DNA of 64,000 bases from a virus (taxonomy: Duplodnaviria > Caudoviricetes), in the IMG/VR virus record IMGVR_UViG_3300013368_000005, positions 32,001 through 96,000 of that record; one strand, given 5' to 3'. This document shows, piece by piece, positions 50,202-59,207 of this stretch. The position numbers and the translations under genes are program-made. The notes below the pieces were generated by a model, which saw only the letters and a list, made by a program, of their open reading frames with translations, did not search any database and had not been told where the DNA came from. Numbering within the stretch: position 1 is the stretch's first letter; every line of letters begins with the position of its first letter.

Positions 50202-50279
50202 AATTCGTCACCTCCTTTTATTATATTTATGTTATACAAAAAATGGAAGCAGGAATATATATTCCTGCTTCTAATATTA

Positions 50280-51221
50280 TTAACCAAATCTATTTTCTGA
50301 ATTACATAAACATCTTCCGTTGCAATTACATGTGCCATTTCCTCTGGTGACGCATGAACATAGTTCATAAACATCACATGTACATCCAGATGTTGGGGTT
50401 CTACTCACACACATACAATCTGTATTACATGTACATGCTTCAATTGTTGTTCTACTAACACAGTTACATACATTATCTGCATTACAAGTACAATCTGGAG
50501 AAAATGTTCTATCAACACATAAACAACCATGTTGTATACATATTGTCTCTGCTGTTCTGTCAACACAGGTACAACCAGTATCCGAATTACTAGTGCATTG
50601 AGTGCCTGTTCTAGTGACACATAAGCAATTAGATGGACAATCACCGCCAGTTACTTCCCCTGAAGTTCTTGAGTTACAATCACAATTTGTTATTCCTACT
50701 CTCGATACGCATGTACATAAAATATTAGAATCACATGTGTCAACTGCTGTTCTTGATACACATGAACAAGTATTATCATTACAACTACAAGAATATCCTG
50801 TTCTAGCAACACATGAACATGAGACATTCTCAATACATTCTAATTCTGATGTTCTAGCCACACAACTACATATATTACTTGAACAAATATCGCCTGATGT
50901 TCTTGCAACACAATTACAAGATGTATGAGCATCACAGGAGAGTTCTGAAGTTCTAGTAACGCAATTACATGTAGTATCTACATGTGAATCACATGTTAAT
51001 GGCATTATATTATCCATAATATCCTCTATATCACCTATAGAGACAGTATTATCTTTTAATGCAAAATTATCTATATGAGCTATACAAGTTCCAAGGTTTC
51101 TTTGATTATTCATATCATCTAATAAATCTTTTAATTGACCTAATGAATTATATTGAGGAGGATTTGTATAACCCTTTTTTATTTGTAATAAGTTTTTTAA
51201 TCTTATTAAACTCTTATTCAT
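50280..51221 (-). CDS. Cys-rich repeat protein with about 13 CxCxxR[T/V/G] units; candidate radical SAM substrate
   Basis: ~75 aa non-repetitive N-region, then CNCVTRT, CNCVART, CSCVART x2, CSCVSRT, CTCVSRV, CDCNSRT, CLCVTRT, CTCVDRT, CLCVDRT, CNCVSRT, CMCVSRT, CSCVTRG. Confidence 0.85.
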   Translation of the reverse strand: MNKSLIRLKNLLQIKKGYTNPPQYNSLGQLKDLLDDMNNQRNLGTCIAHIDNFALKDNTVSIGDIEDIMDNIMPLTCDSHVDTTCNCVTRTSELSCDAHTSCNCVARTSGDICSSNICSCVARTSELECIENVSCSCVARTGYSCSCNDNTCSCVSRTAVDTCDSNILCTCVSRVGITNCDCNSRTSGEVTGGDCPSNCLCVTRTGTQCTSNSDTGCTCVDRTAETICIQHGCLCVDRTFSPDCTCNADNVCNCVSRTTIEACTCNTDCMCVSRTPTSGCTCDVYELCSCVTRGNGTCNCNGRCLCNSENRFG

Positions 51222-51237
51222 AATTTATCCTCCTATA

Positions 51238-52011
51238 TTATTTATATAAAATAGTCCATCTAAAGCCACCAACAAAACTTCCTGAATTACCTACAAATAT
51301 ATTTGTAGCATCAGCTCTAATCCATGTTTCGCCTAAATATCCTTGAGGATTTTCAATAGGCATAATCATTATATTTGTTGGTGTAAATGATAATCCATGG
51401 GCTATAGTAACTTCATTATTACTTCCAGCAAAATTTGCTATACCACTTTTATCTGTTATTTTTTGACTTAATTTTTCTGCTATTGAAGTAGCAAAATTAG
51501 GATCTTCTCCTAATGCTTTAGCTAATTCAGATAATGTATTTAATGTCTCAGGCGAAGAATCAATTAAATTAGTAATTGCTGTTTCTACCCCTTCAGTTAT
51601 TTTAGCATCTGTTTCCGTTTTATTATAGTAATCAACTAAAACGTTTGCTATTATCTCTTCTACTGTTAATTGAGGTTTGTTTAGATTAGGTACACCTTTA
51701 AATGCAATAAAATTAAATACTGTATCTATACCTGTAGTCCCCCAATCATTTCCTAAAGACATTATAGCTGTACCTTCTGGATTTATTGTGTATGACGTTT
51801 CAGGAATATATTTACCAGCAATAAATACAAATAATAAATCATAATTAATATTAAAATTTTCTATACCAATATTTACACTAGGTGCAGTTCCTGTAATAGT
51901 AATATTATTTTTTCTATATCCTATAATACCAGTAGCAGCAGCTTTTTCAAATTGCATAAATAAATCATTGCTTATTTCGTGACCTGTTACTTTTCCTCCT
52001 ATACTAGCCAT
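51238..52011 (-). CDS. Tail fibre-like protein
   Basis: LIDSSPETLNTLSELAKALGEDPNFATSI is a common tail-fibre segment; YYNKTETD repeat; C-terminal VTIAHGLSFTP; late promoter at 52038-52049. Confidence 0.8.
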   Translation of the reverse strand: MASIGGKVTGHEISNDLFMQFEKAAATGIIGYRKNNITITGTAPSVNIGIENFNINYDLLFVFIAGKYIPETSYTINPEGTAIMSLGNDWGTTGIDTVFNFIAFKGVPNLNKPQLTVEEIIANVLVDYYNKTETDAKITEGVETAITNLIDSSPETLNTLSELAKALGEDPNFATSIAEKLSQKITDKSGIANFAGSNNEVTIAHGLSFTPTNIMIMPIENPQGYLGETWIRADATNIFVGNSGSFVGGFRWTILYK

Positions 52012-52096
52012 ATTATTTCACTCCTTCATTTATATATTATTATAATGTTAAAATTGGGTAGGATTAATCCTACCCAACTATACTTATTATATAATA

Positions 52097-53005
52097 TCAT
52101 ATTTGTAATAGTTGTTGATAATAATCATATACTTTTTTTCTCATATTATATACTATGATATTACTCTCTTCTAATGTATGTTGTGTTTTGATAATTTTAT
52201 AATTTAAGTCTTTAGATGATGTATAATCATTACTATTTCTACCATAAGTTTCGCCTATAACTTTACCAGATGAATCTTTAACATATGTTCTGATATCATT
52301 TTTAGGAGGTGGCACTAGAAAATCTGATATTTGTATACCTTCAAGTTTATTTGATATAATATCATGAGCTAAATCATGCATTTCAGACAGATATCTATTT
52401 AAATAATTTTCATCTACAGACATTGTAGATTCTATAATACCTATATTCATTCTACACCTTATGCCTTTTTCATGTAGTTCATGAATACTTTCTCTTAAAA
52501 AAGCTATATTATACGGATGAGTAACAATATGCATATTGTAATTAATACCATTTCTATTTAACTTATCTATATTTTCTATTACTTTATCAAATGTATTCTC
52601 ATGTGTATCCTTAAATACTCTAAGCTGATTGGCAATTTTATTACCGTCTAAACTTATAGAAAATACTATATTTTTATTCTCTTTAAGAAATTTAATGTGT
52701 TCATCTTCTAATATAGTGCCATTAGTTGTAATATATATTGTATTTACTATATTATTAAATGAAGTGTTTCTTTCGGTAAGTTCTATCCATTCATATGCAC
52801 TTTTAATATTATCAAAAGCTAACATTGGTTCTCCACCTAGAAATTCTATATTAAATCTTTTATTATGACCAGCGAAATTGTATATATTATTTATTAAGTC
52901 TTCGATTTCTTCTTTACAATATATAGATTCTTTATCTTTTTCGTAACAATATTTACAATTACAATTACATTCCTTGGTTACATGAATGACATAAGTTTCT
53001 ATCAT
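52097..53005 (-). CDS. Radical SAM protein without a SPASM domain
   Basis: CNCNCKYC (CxxxCxxC), FLGGEP, ITTNGT and SISLDG; no C-terminal Cys cluster. Confidence 0.92.
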   Translation of the reverse strand: MIETYVIHVTKECNCNCKYCYEKDKESIYCKEEIEDLINNIYNFAGHNKRFNIEFLGGEPMLAFDNIKSAYEWIELTERNTSFNNIVNTIYITTNGTILEDEHIKFLKENKNIVFSISLDGNKIANQLRVFKDTHENTFDKVIENIDKLNRNGINYNMHIVTHPYNIAFLRESIHELHEKGIRCRMNIGIIESTMSVDENYLNRYLSEMHDLAHDIISNKLEGIQISDFLVPPPKNDIRTYVKDSSGKVIGETYGRNSNDYTSSKDLNYKIIKTQHTLEESNIIVYNMRKKVYDYYQQLLQI

Positions 53006-53018
53006 AATTATTCACCAC

Positions 53019-54557
53019 CTAGAGATTTTTTATTATTTGCGTAAGAGCTTCAGGTATCAATTCTGTTACACTAGTATACATATCTTCAATTTTATTATTT
53101 AAGAATTGCTTTTCTAAAATTAATCCAGTATATTCTTCGATAGTTAAACCTTCTTCTTCAGCACGTTCTAATATTTTATTATAAGTAGATTTAGCTAATT
53201 TTATTGTAACAATATTATCTGATTTAATCTCAACTTTATTAGCTGATATCATATCTGCTTTGAGTGTAAACTTATTATTAGTCTCTTCGCTATCTATTAA
53301 ATTAAATTGTGTACCTCTTGAATCACATAAACATGCTGGGTTGTCTGGATTATTTCCTATGGTTGAACTTATTTTATTATCTTTTCTATCTAATACTCCC
53401 AATTTATAATACTCCTCTACTTCTTTTTTTATATATGATTGTATTTCTTTTTCTATTTTACTCATTTGACATCTATACCCTCTAGATACAGATAATATAG
53501 AACCATTTTCACAAAGATTTTCTGCTATACATCTATAACAATGATAGCAGTCACAATCTGGATCATCTATTTTACAACTTAAATCATTATTATCATACTC
53601 TACGAATAATAATCTTTTTTGATCGTCTATACCATCAAATATATTACCTATTATATATTGTCTTTCTGGATCATTAAAATATATATGATGACAAGGTGAA
53701 ATATCTCCATTGGCAGTAATAGTAATAAAACTATTACCAGCTCCACAAGGTTTATTCGAAAAATCACAAGCATTAGATAAACTTCTGTCTAATGGTGCAT
53801 AATTTCTTATTTCATTTAAATTACCTTCCTTTTCTACTCTATTTAATATATAGTCTGCTATTTTGCCTAATTGTTCTTTATACATATTAACATCTTTTTG
53901 AGTCCAATCATTACTATGAATAGGCATAAACCATATATGTTTTAAACCCCAATCTTCTCTAAAGAATTTATAACTTTCAAATAAATATTTCATAGAAAAA
54001 TCATTTAAACATCCATGTATGCTTAAATTATCAGGTTTATTTTTGAAAAGATTTTTCCATTTAGGGATATTCTTTTCTACTATTTGAAAACTACCTTTTT
54101 TATTATGTGTTATTCTAAAAGCATCTTGAACTTTTTGAATACCATCTACAGATAATTGAACAGTAAGATTAACGTTATATATTCCTTTACTAAGTATTCT
54201 TTCTAATTCTGTTGTCAGTATGGTACCATTTGTTATCATATTCATAGACACGGGTATCTTTGTTATACTACTTATAGCACTAGCTTCATCGATTATAAAT
54301 TCCAATATCTCTGGCTCTAATGTTGGCTCTCCTCCAAATAATAATATATTTACCCGTTGCTCTCCAAATCCATTATCTATATTTTTTTTCGCATTGTCAA
54401 ATAAGAATTTAATACCTTGATTAGCAACTTCATAAGACATTTTATTCTTATTATGTTTTTCGAAACAATATGAGCAAGCTAGATTACAATTTTCTGTAAC
54501 TAGAAAACTTGCTGCAGTGGGTTGTAAAATCTTTTTAATGTCGATTATTTTTATCAT
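53019..54557 (-). CDS. Radical SAM/SPASM peptide maturase-like protein with a C-terminal extension
   Basis: CNLACSYC, FGGEP, ITNGT, LSVDG; SPASM CGAG...GDISPC...C..CDCYHCYRC...C; late promoter at 54577-54588. Confidence 0.93.
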   Translation of the reverse strand: MIKIIDIKKILQPTAASFLVTENCNLACSYCFEKHNKNKMSYEVANQGIKFLFDNAKKNIDNGFGEQRVNILLFGGEPTLEPEILEFIIDEASAISSITKIPVSMNMITNGTILTTELERILSKGIYNVNLTVQLSVDGIQKVQDAFRITHNKKGSFQIVEKNIPKWKNLFKNKPDNLSIHGCLNDFSMKYLFESYKFFREDWGLKHIWFMPIHSNDWTQKDVNMYKEQLGKIADYILNRVEKEGNLNEIRNYAPLDRSLSNACDFSNKPCGAGNSFITITANGDISPCHHIYFNDPERQYIIGNIFDGIDDQKRLLFVEYDNNDLSCKIDDPDCDCYHCYRCIAENLCENGSILSVSRGYRCQMSKIEKEIQSYIKKEVEEYYKLGVLDRKDNKISSTIGNNPDNPACLCDSRGTQFNLIDSEETNNKFTLKADMISANKVEIKSDNIVTIKLAKSTYNKILERAEEEGLTIEEYTGLILEKQFLNNKIEDMYTSVTELIPEALTQIIKNL

Positions 54558-54645
54558 AAATATCTCCTCCCTTGATTATAATAATGTTTGTCCCATGATA
54601 TAATAATAAAAATTACAAGATACCAATTAAGGTATCTTGTAATGA

Positions 54646-55494
54646 TTAGCAAGTAGCAACCCAACTTGTTCCATTATAATATTTCATAATACCATTTTTC
54701 CAACCTAAATTATAAGGTTGAGGTACATTTGATGTTACCCATGAACTCCCATTCCATACATGACAACCAGATCTATAAGTTGCATCCCAGCCTTCTTCTG
54801 CTTGTAAATCCGATTCATAACTTCCATTTAATGAAGACACTGCAAATTGAATACCATCATAAGCACCAGCAGCACTATTAACAGGAAAGTCATATCGATT
54901 ACTTACAACAGTACTTTGATAACTCCAATTGGCATTCCATGTTCCAGTAGAATGATTATAATATCTAGCATATACTTTATATCCAGTTGCTCCAGATGCT
55001 CCAGTAAAGGTAACTCTCATTTCTTCTCCTTTATTGAATAATCCTGAAACAGATACGTTTGATGGTTTGTTTGGAATTGTTTGAATTTGATCTAATGTAA
55101 CAGTTTTTCCTACACTCATCGTTCCTATCCAAACACCTGTATAAGTAATTTCTATAGCAAATGTTGCTGCTAGATCTACTGAACGAGATCCATCTGAATT
55201 ATGAGGCACTGTAGCTGTTCTAGTAACTAATACATTTTGCCAAATTTGACTATCATCATTTCTATCTGGAACAGATTTACTAAAATTTTGCGTACTTCCA
55301 TTTATTGTGGTTGTTCCATTTTTTACTAATCCCCATGTACTTACAGAACTACTTTCCATTATTACTGAAATTGTTACAGAGGATGAATTAGTAGCTTGAT
55401 TTGGAGTTGATGACCATTGAATACCTAATCTAACATTATATCTCTCTAAAGCAGAACCACCATAATACCCACTCCAAAATATTCCACTAGCCAT
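54646..55494 (-). CDS. Tail or receptor-binding-like protein (DUF859-like N-domain plus FN3-like domain)
   Basis: NQATNSSSVT...VPHNSDGSRSV...LDQI; PNKPSNVSV...GATGYKVY; WNGSSW / YNGTSW. Confidence 0.7.
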   Translation of the reverse strand: MASGIFWSGYYGGSALERYNVRLGIQWSSTPNQATNSSSVTISVIMESSSVSTWGLVKNGTTTINGSTQNFSKSVPDRNDDSQIWQNVLVTRTATVPHNSDGSRSVDLAATFAIEITYTGVWIGTMSVGKTVTLDQIQTIPNKPSNVSVSGLFNKGEEMRVTFTGASGATGYKVYARYYNHSTGTWNANWSYQSTVVSNRYDFPVNSAAGAYDGIQFAVSSLNGSYESDLQAEEGWDATYRSGCHVWNGSSWVTSNVPQPYNLGWKNGIMKYYNGTSWVATC

Positions 55495-55509
55495 AGATAT
55501 ACACCTCCT

Positions 55510-57090
55510 TTATATCCAACTTATCCACACATCTCCAGTTTTAGGGCTAGATGGTGCAGTTTTTTGTATCTTTATTTTACTATCTAATGTAGTTATTGTA
55601 TTATTTATAGTATTTACTTTACCATCCATTTCAGTTTTAGTATAATAACCACCAAATTTGTTATTTATAGTGGTTATCTTACCATCTATTTCACCTTTGG
55701 TATAATAATTACTTAGACTATTGGATAAGCTAGATATACTATTATTTATAGTATTTATCTTACTGTCTATATTCGCTTTATTATAATAATTATTAGCAAG
55801 ATTATCAGATAAGCTATCTATACTATTATTTATAGTATTTACTATATTATCTATCTCTAATTTAGTATAATAATCATTAAATTTTTCTATAGCACCAGTT
55901 ATCATATCTTGTATTTCTTTAGATAATGCTTCCCATGGTATAGAGCCAGGATCTATTATAGAGCCATCCACTCCTACTTCTGATATAGGAACGTTAACTA
56001 ATCCTATAATATTAAATACTGTTGGGTTTTCTGGTGTTCCTTCCCATATTTCTGTTTCAGGACATAATATATTAATACCATCTTCTGTAATTGTATAATC
56101 TTCATTTTCTGCTAAAAATACACTATTTTTGAATACTAGTAAAAAGTCAACACCCTTTCTAAATTTAATTCCTATTTCAATATAGTTTACATTTTGTGTT
56201 ATAGCTACAGTATTTTTTCTTGCTACAAATCCTCCATTAATTCCATCTTCTCCAGTAGCTATTACAATCCATCCTGTTCCATCAAACTGCTTTATAGCCT
56301 TAGCAGAAGTATCAAACCAGATGTCTCCTCTTATTCTATCATATGGTTCACTAACACTAACAATATATCTATATCCATTTACCATATCAGCATCTATTAC
56401 GCTATCATCTGATATAATTTGTGCATAATTAAATATATATGTTAATCTTTCATCTTGATTAATTACAGGATATGATTGAGAAAAAATAAGATTATAGTCC
56501 TCTGCAATAACATAATCTTCTGTTTTTACAAGTTCATCATTTCGTAATACAACCATTGGAAATTTAGTAAAATCATAACCAACAAAAGGCACAGGTATTC
56601 TAAATATTCTCTGAGCTGTTCTTTCAACAAAATAATGTTCCATTTGAGTTTTTAACTCAAATCTTTTTCCTTCTTTAATCATATCGTCTAAAACACTTGA
56701 TAATGGGGTACCATCATCATTAAATACTTGGCTTGTTAATGTTCTGGGAGCAGTAGCTATACCATTTTCCTCTATTGTCGCTGGAACTAGTTCTCTTAAT
56801 ATCGCACCACCTAATATAACATCATCTGTTATTCTCATCCAAGAATATTTAAATTTATAAGTCATATTTGTTTCTTTTACAAGATATATCATAGATAAGT
56901 CTGGTGTTTCAATTTGTTCTCTTTCATATTCAGTTGCTAATATGATAATATTTTCAACTAGAACTCTTTCAGCATTGTTATTATCTACGAATATTTCATT
57001 TGTGTCTGTACATTCAATAATCTGACCTGTAATTATAGGTATTTTTACTAATCCAGGTTTTAATGCAGATATATATTTTATTATAGTCAT
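55510..57090 (-). CDS. Tail fibre protein
   Basis: Four YY[T/N]KxxxD repeats; GDIWFDT...FDGTGW; C-terminal APSSPKTGDVWI; late promoter at 57120-57131. Confidence 0.8.
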   Translation of the reverse strand: MTIIKYISALKPGLVKIPIITGQIIECTDTNEIFVDNNNAERVLVENIIILATEYEREQIETPDLSMIYLVKETNMTYKFKYSWMRITDDVILGGAILRELVPATIEENGIATAPRTLTSQVFNDDGTPLSSVLDDMIKEGKRFELKTQMEHYFVERTAQRIFRIPVPFVGYDFTKFPMVVLRNDELVKTEDYVIAEDYNLIFSQSYPVINQDERLTYIFNYAQIISDDSVIDADMVNGYRYIVSVSEPYDRIRGDIWFDTSAKAIKQFDGTGWIVIATGEDGINGGFVARKNTVAITQNVNYIEIGIKFRKGVDFLLVFKNSVFLAENEDYTITEDGINILCPETEIWEGTPENPTVFNIIGLVNVPISEVGVDGSIIDPGSIPWEALSKEIQDMITGAIEKFNDYYTKLEIDNIVNTINNSIDSLSDNLANNYYNKANIDSKINTINNSISSLSNSLSNYYTKGEIDGKITTINNKFGGYYTKTEMDGKVNTINNTITTLDSKIKIQKTAPSSPKTGDVWISWI

Positions 57091-57178
57091 AATAACTCCT
57101 CCTTATTTAGTTTACTTATTATTATTATGTTTGCTGAAGACAAATAGAGTGTATATAATATTATATACACTCTATTAT

Positions 57179-57904
57179 TTATCTTATAGAATTTAATAGT
57201 TTTATCAAAAATGTCATATCTGTCCGTTTAACTATTTCTGATGTACTCTTCTTTGTAGGTAAAGTTCCTCTTATAAATTGAGTTAATGGTATCATTGCAT
57301 CTATAAATTCATTATAATAATTTATATGCCAGATACAGGTGGAATCTATACCTACAAAAGAAAATGCTGTTAAATACTTATATATCCTAAATTCATTTAT
57401 TTTTTGTCTAAGTGAGATTACATCGTTTATAGTAATGTGTGTTTGTTCACCTATCTTCTTTTCTTGCCATGTAAAATTAGCTGGTCTAGGTTTTTGATCC
57501 TGTTGAATATTACACTGACATGCTATTTGACACATATCTTGACAATAGCTTTGACAAGTAGTTAAACATGCTTTTTCACATGTAAATTGACATAACATTT
57601 GACAATTTTCTTGGCAATTTAATTCACAACCAGTTTGACAAGCCGTTTGACAAACAGTTTGGCAAGTTTGACATCCTTGTCGTTCACATTGGCATACTGA
57701 CAAACATGTTGCTAAGCATGCTTCATTTACTAATTGACAAGCATTTTCACATTGATTGCATTCTGCCTCTATGTCCATACACATACATGTATTCATACAA
57801 GCATCTGAACAACTGCTATTTGCTAAAGTTACGTTATTAGAATCATTCAAGAAGTCAGGAATAGTTATTTCAGTACCTTTTAAAAAATCGCTCATTTCGA
57901 TCAC
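57179..57904 (-). CDS. CxxxC-repeat protein fused to a C-terminal globular domain; candidate radical SAM substrate; probable ATG at 57895
   Basis: ~30 aa leader, then CSDACMNTC...CQTVCQTACQTGCELNCQENCQMLCQFTCEKACLTTCQSYCQDMCQIACQC, then a ~100 aa RPANFTW... domain. Its GGAGGTG SD overlaps the rSAM stop codon. Confidence 0.85.
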   Translation of the reverse strand: MIEMSDFLKGTEITIPDFLNDSNNVTLANSSCSDACMNTCMCMDIEAECNQCENACQLVNEACLATCLSVCQCERQGCQTCQTVCQTACQTGCELNCQENCQMLCQFTCEKACLTTCQSYCQDMCQIACQCNIQQDQKPRPANFTWQEKKIGEQTHITINDVISLRQKINEFRIYKYLTAFSFVGIDSTCIWHINYYNEFIDAMIPLTQFIRGTLPTKKSTSEIVKRTDMTFLIKLLNSIR

Positions 57905-59157
57905 CTCCTGTTAAATTGAGTTTTAAATAATTCATTTGACTCACCTGCTAACGTATTCATTATATTTATCGATGTATCTAAGCATATATTATAAAATTTA
58001 CATAATATTTCTGGAACTATTGTTAAATCGCCACAGGAAAAATAATTGTTTATAGAGCAATACCCATCACATATATTATGGAGTCTGCATGTCTTACACC
58101 TTTTTGAATCAGAACACCTGACTTTTTTTACATCAAACGAGTTTATAATTTCCCATCTTTTATCATTATAGATTTCAGTGAATAAATTACCTATTATAAA
58201 TTTATCTCCATTTTCTCTGTTTCCTACCATTTCTTGGCAAGAATATATTTCTCCATCGGGACCTATTGATGCAAATCTATTAGAACCTAATCCGCATCTA
58301 CCATATGCAGGTGCATCTGTAGCATTTCTAAACGATGCAGTTTCATTAAATCTATTAATCTTTTTTATATTACCAAATGCATAATCAAATTGCGAAATAG
58401 ATATATCTCTACCTTCTCTTATTAATTCTATATACCAATTAGCAACTTCATTGATCGCTATTACTAGATCATTAACCTCTTGATTAGTCCATTTAGTAAA
58501 TACATTAACAATAAAAAATATATTATTATATCCTTTTTCTATAGCAAATTTACAATTATGCAATAATTGTTTACAATTATCATGATCTAATGTCATTCTA
58601 AAAGTCATATTAGGATTTAATTTTAGAGCTTTAGGGATATTATTTATTATTAAATCAAATGATGATTTTCCATTATGAAGAGGTCTATTTAAATCTTGTG
58701 TAGGTTTATCTCCATCAATACTGATCATAATTCCAATATTATTATCTTTTATAAATTGTAATCTTTCCTCATTCAATAATGTACCATTGGTCGTCATAGA
58801 TAATTGAAAATTATTATTACATTGCTTTCTAATATATTTAGTCAATGGTACAATTATTTCATCCCATTTGAGCATGGGTTCTCCACCAAAGAAATTGATA
58901 CTAGGAATGTCCCCTTGTATTTTAGAATTTTCTATAATAAAATCTACAGCTCTTTTTGCAGTATCATAAGACATTTCTTTAGCATATTGATCTATAAAAC
59001 AATACTTACATTTAAGATTACATTTTTGTGTAACATTGAGAAATATGGAAGTTATTAATGGTAAGTCTCCATCTTTCCATATTTGCTCTACTGTTCTAAA
59101 ATTATTATTTTCGCATTGTTGATTTACACATTGTTCACAATTCATATTAATTACCAC
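57901..59157 (-). CDS. Radical SAM/SPASM peptide maturase-like protein; probable ATG at 59145
   Basis: CNLKCKYC, FFGGEP, MTTNGT, ISIDG; SPASM CGLG...GEIYSC...CKTCRLHNICDGYC...C. Confidence 0.94.
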   Translation of the reverse strand: MVINMNCEQCVNQQCENNNFRTVEQIWKDGDLPLITSIFLNVTQKCNLKCKYCFIDQYAKEMSYDTAKRAVDFIIENSKIQGDIPSINFFGGEPMLKWDEIIVPLTKYIRKQCNNNFQLSMTTNGTLLNEERLQFIKDNNIGIMISIDGDKPTQDLNRPLHNGKSSFDLIINNIPKALKLNPNMTFRMTLDHDNCKQLLHNCKFAIEKGYNNIFFIVNVFTKWTNQEVNDLVIAINEVANWYIELIREGRDISISQFDYAFGNIKKINRFNETASFRNATDAPAYGRCGLGSNRFASIGPDGEIYSCQEMVGNRENGDKFIIGNLFTEIYNDKRWEIINSFDVKKVRCSDSKRCKTCRLHNICDGYCSINNYFSCGDLTIVPEILCKFYNICLDTSINIMNTLAGESNELFKTQFNRR

Positions 59158-59207
59158 CTTTAAAAAATAATTAAAAAACCCATTACGAGTTTTTTAATTA
59201 TTATATT

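Noticed and set aside
50405-50928. Alternative-frame ORFs inside the Cys-repeat gene
   Set aside because: By-products of repetitive TGT/ACA-rich codons; no RBS.
52097-59157. Reading the rSAMs as anaerobic sulfatase maturases, NrdG or QueE-type DNA-modification enzymes
   Set aside because: No sulfatase, NrdD or queuosine-pathway genes are nearby, whereas Cys-repeat proteins are adjacent or coupled to them.
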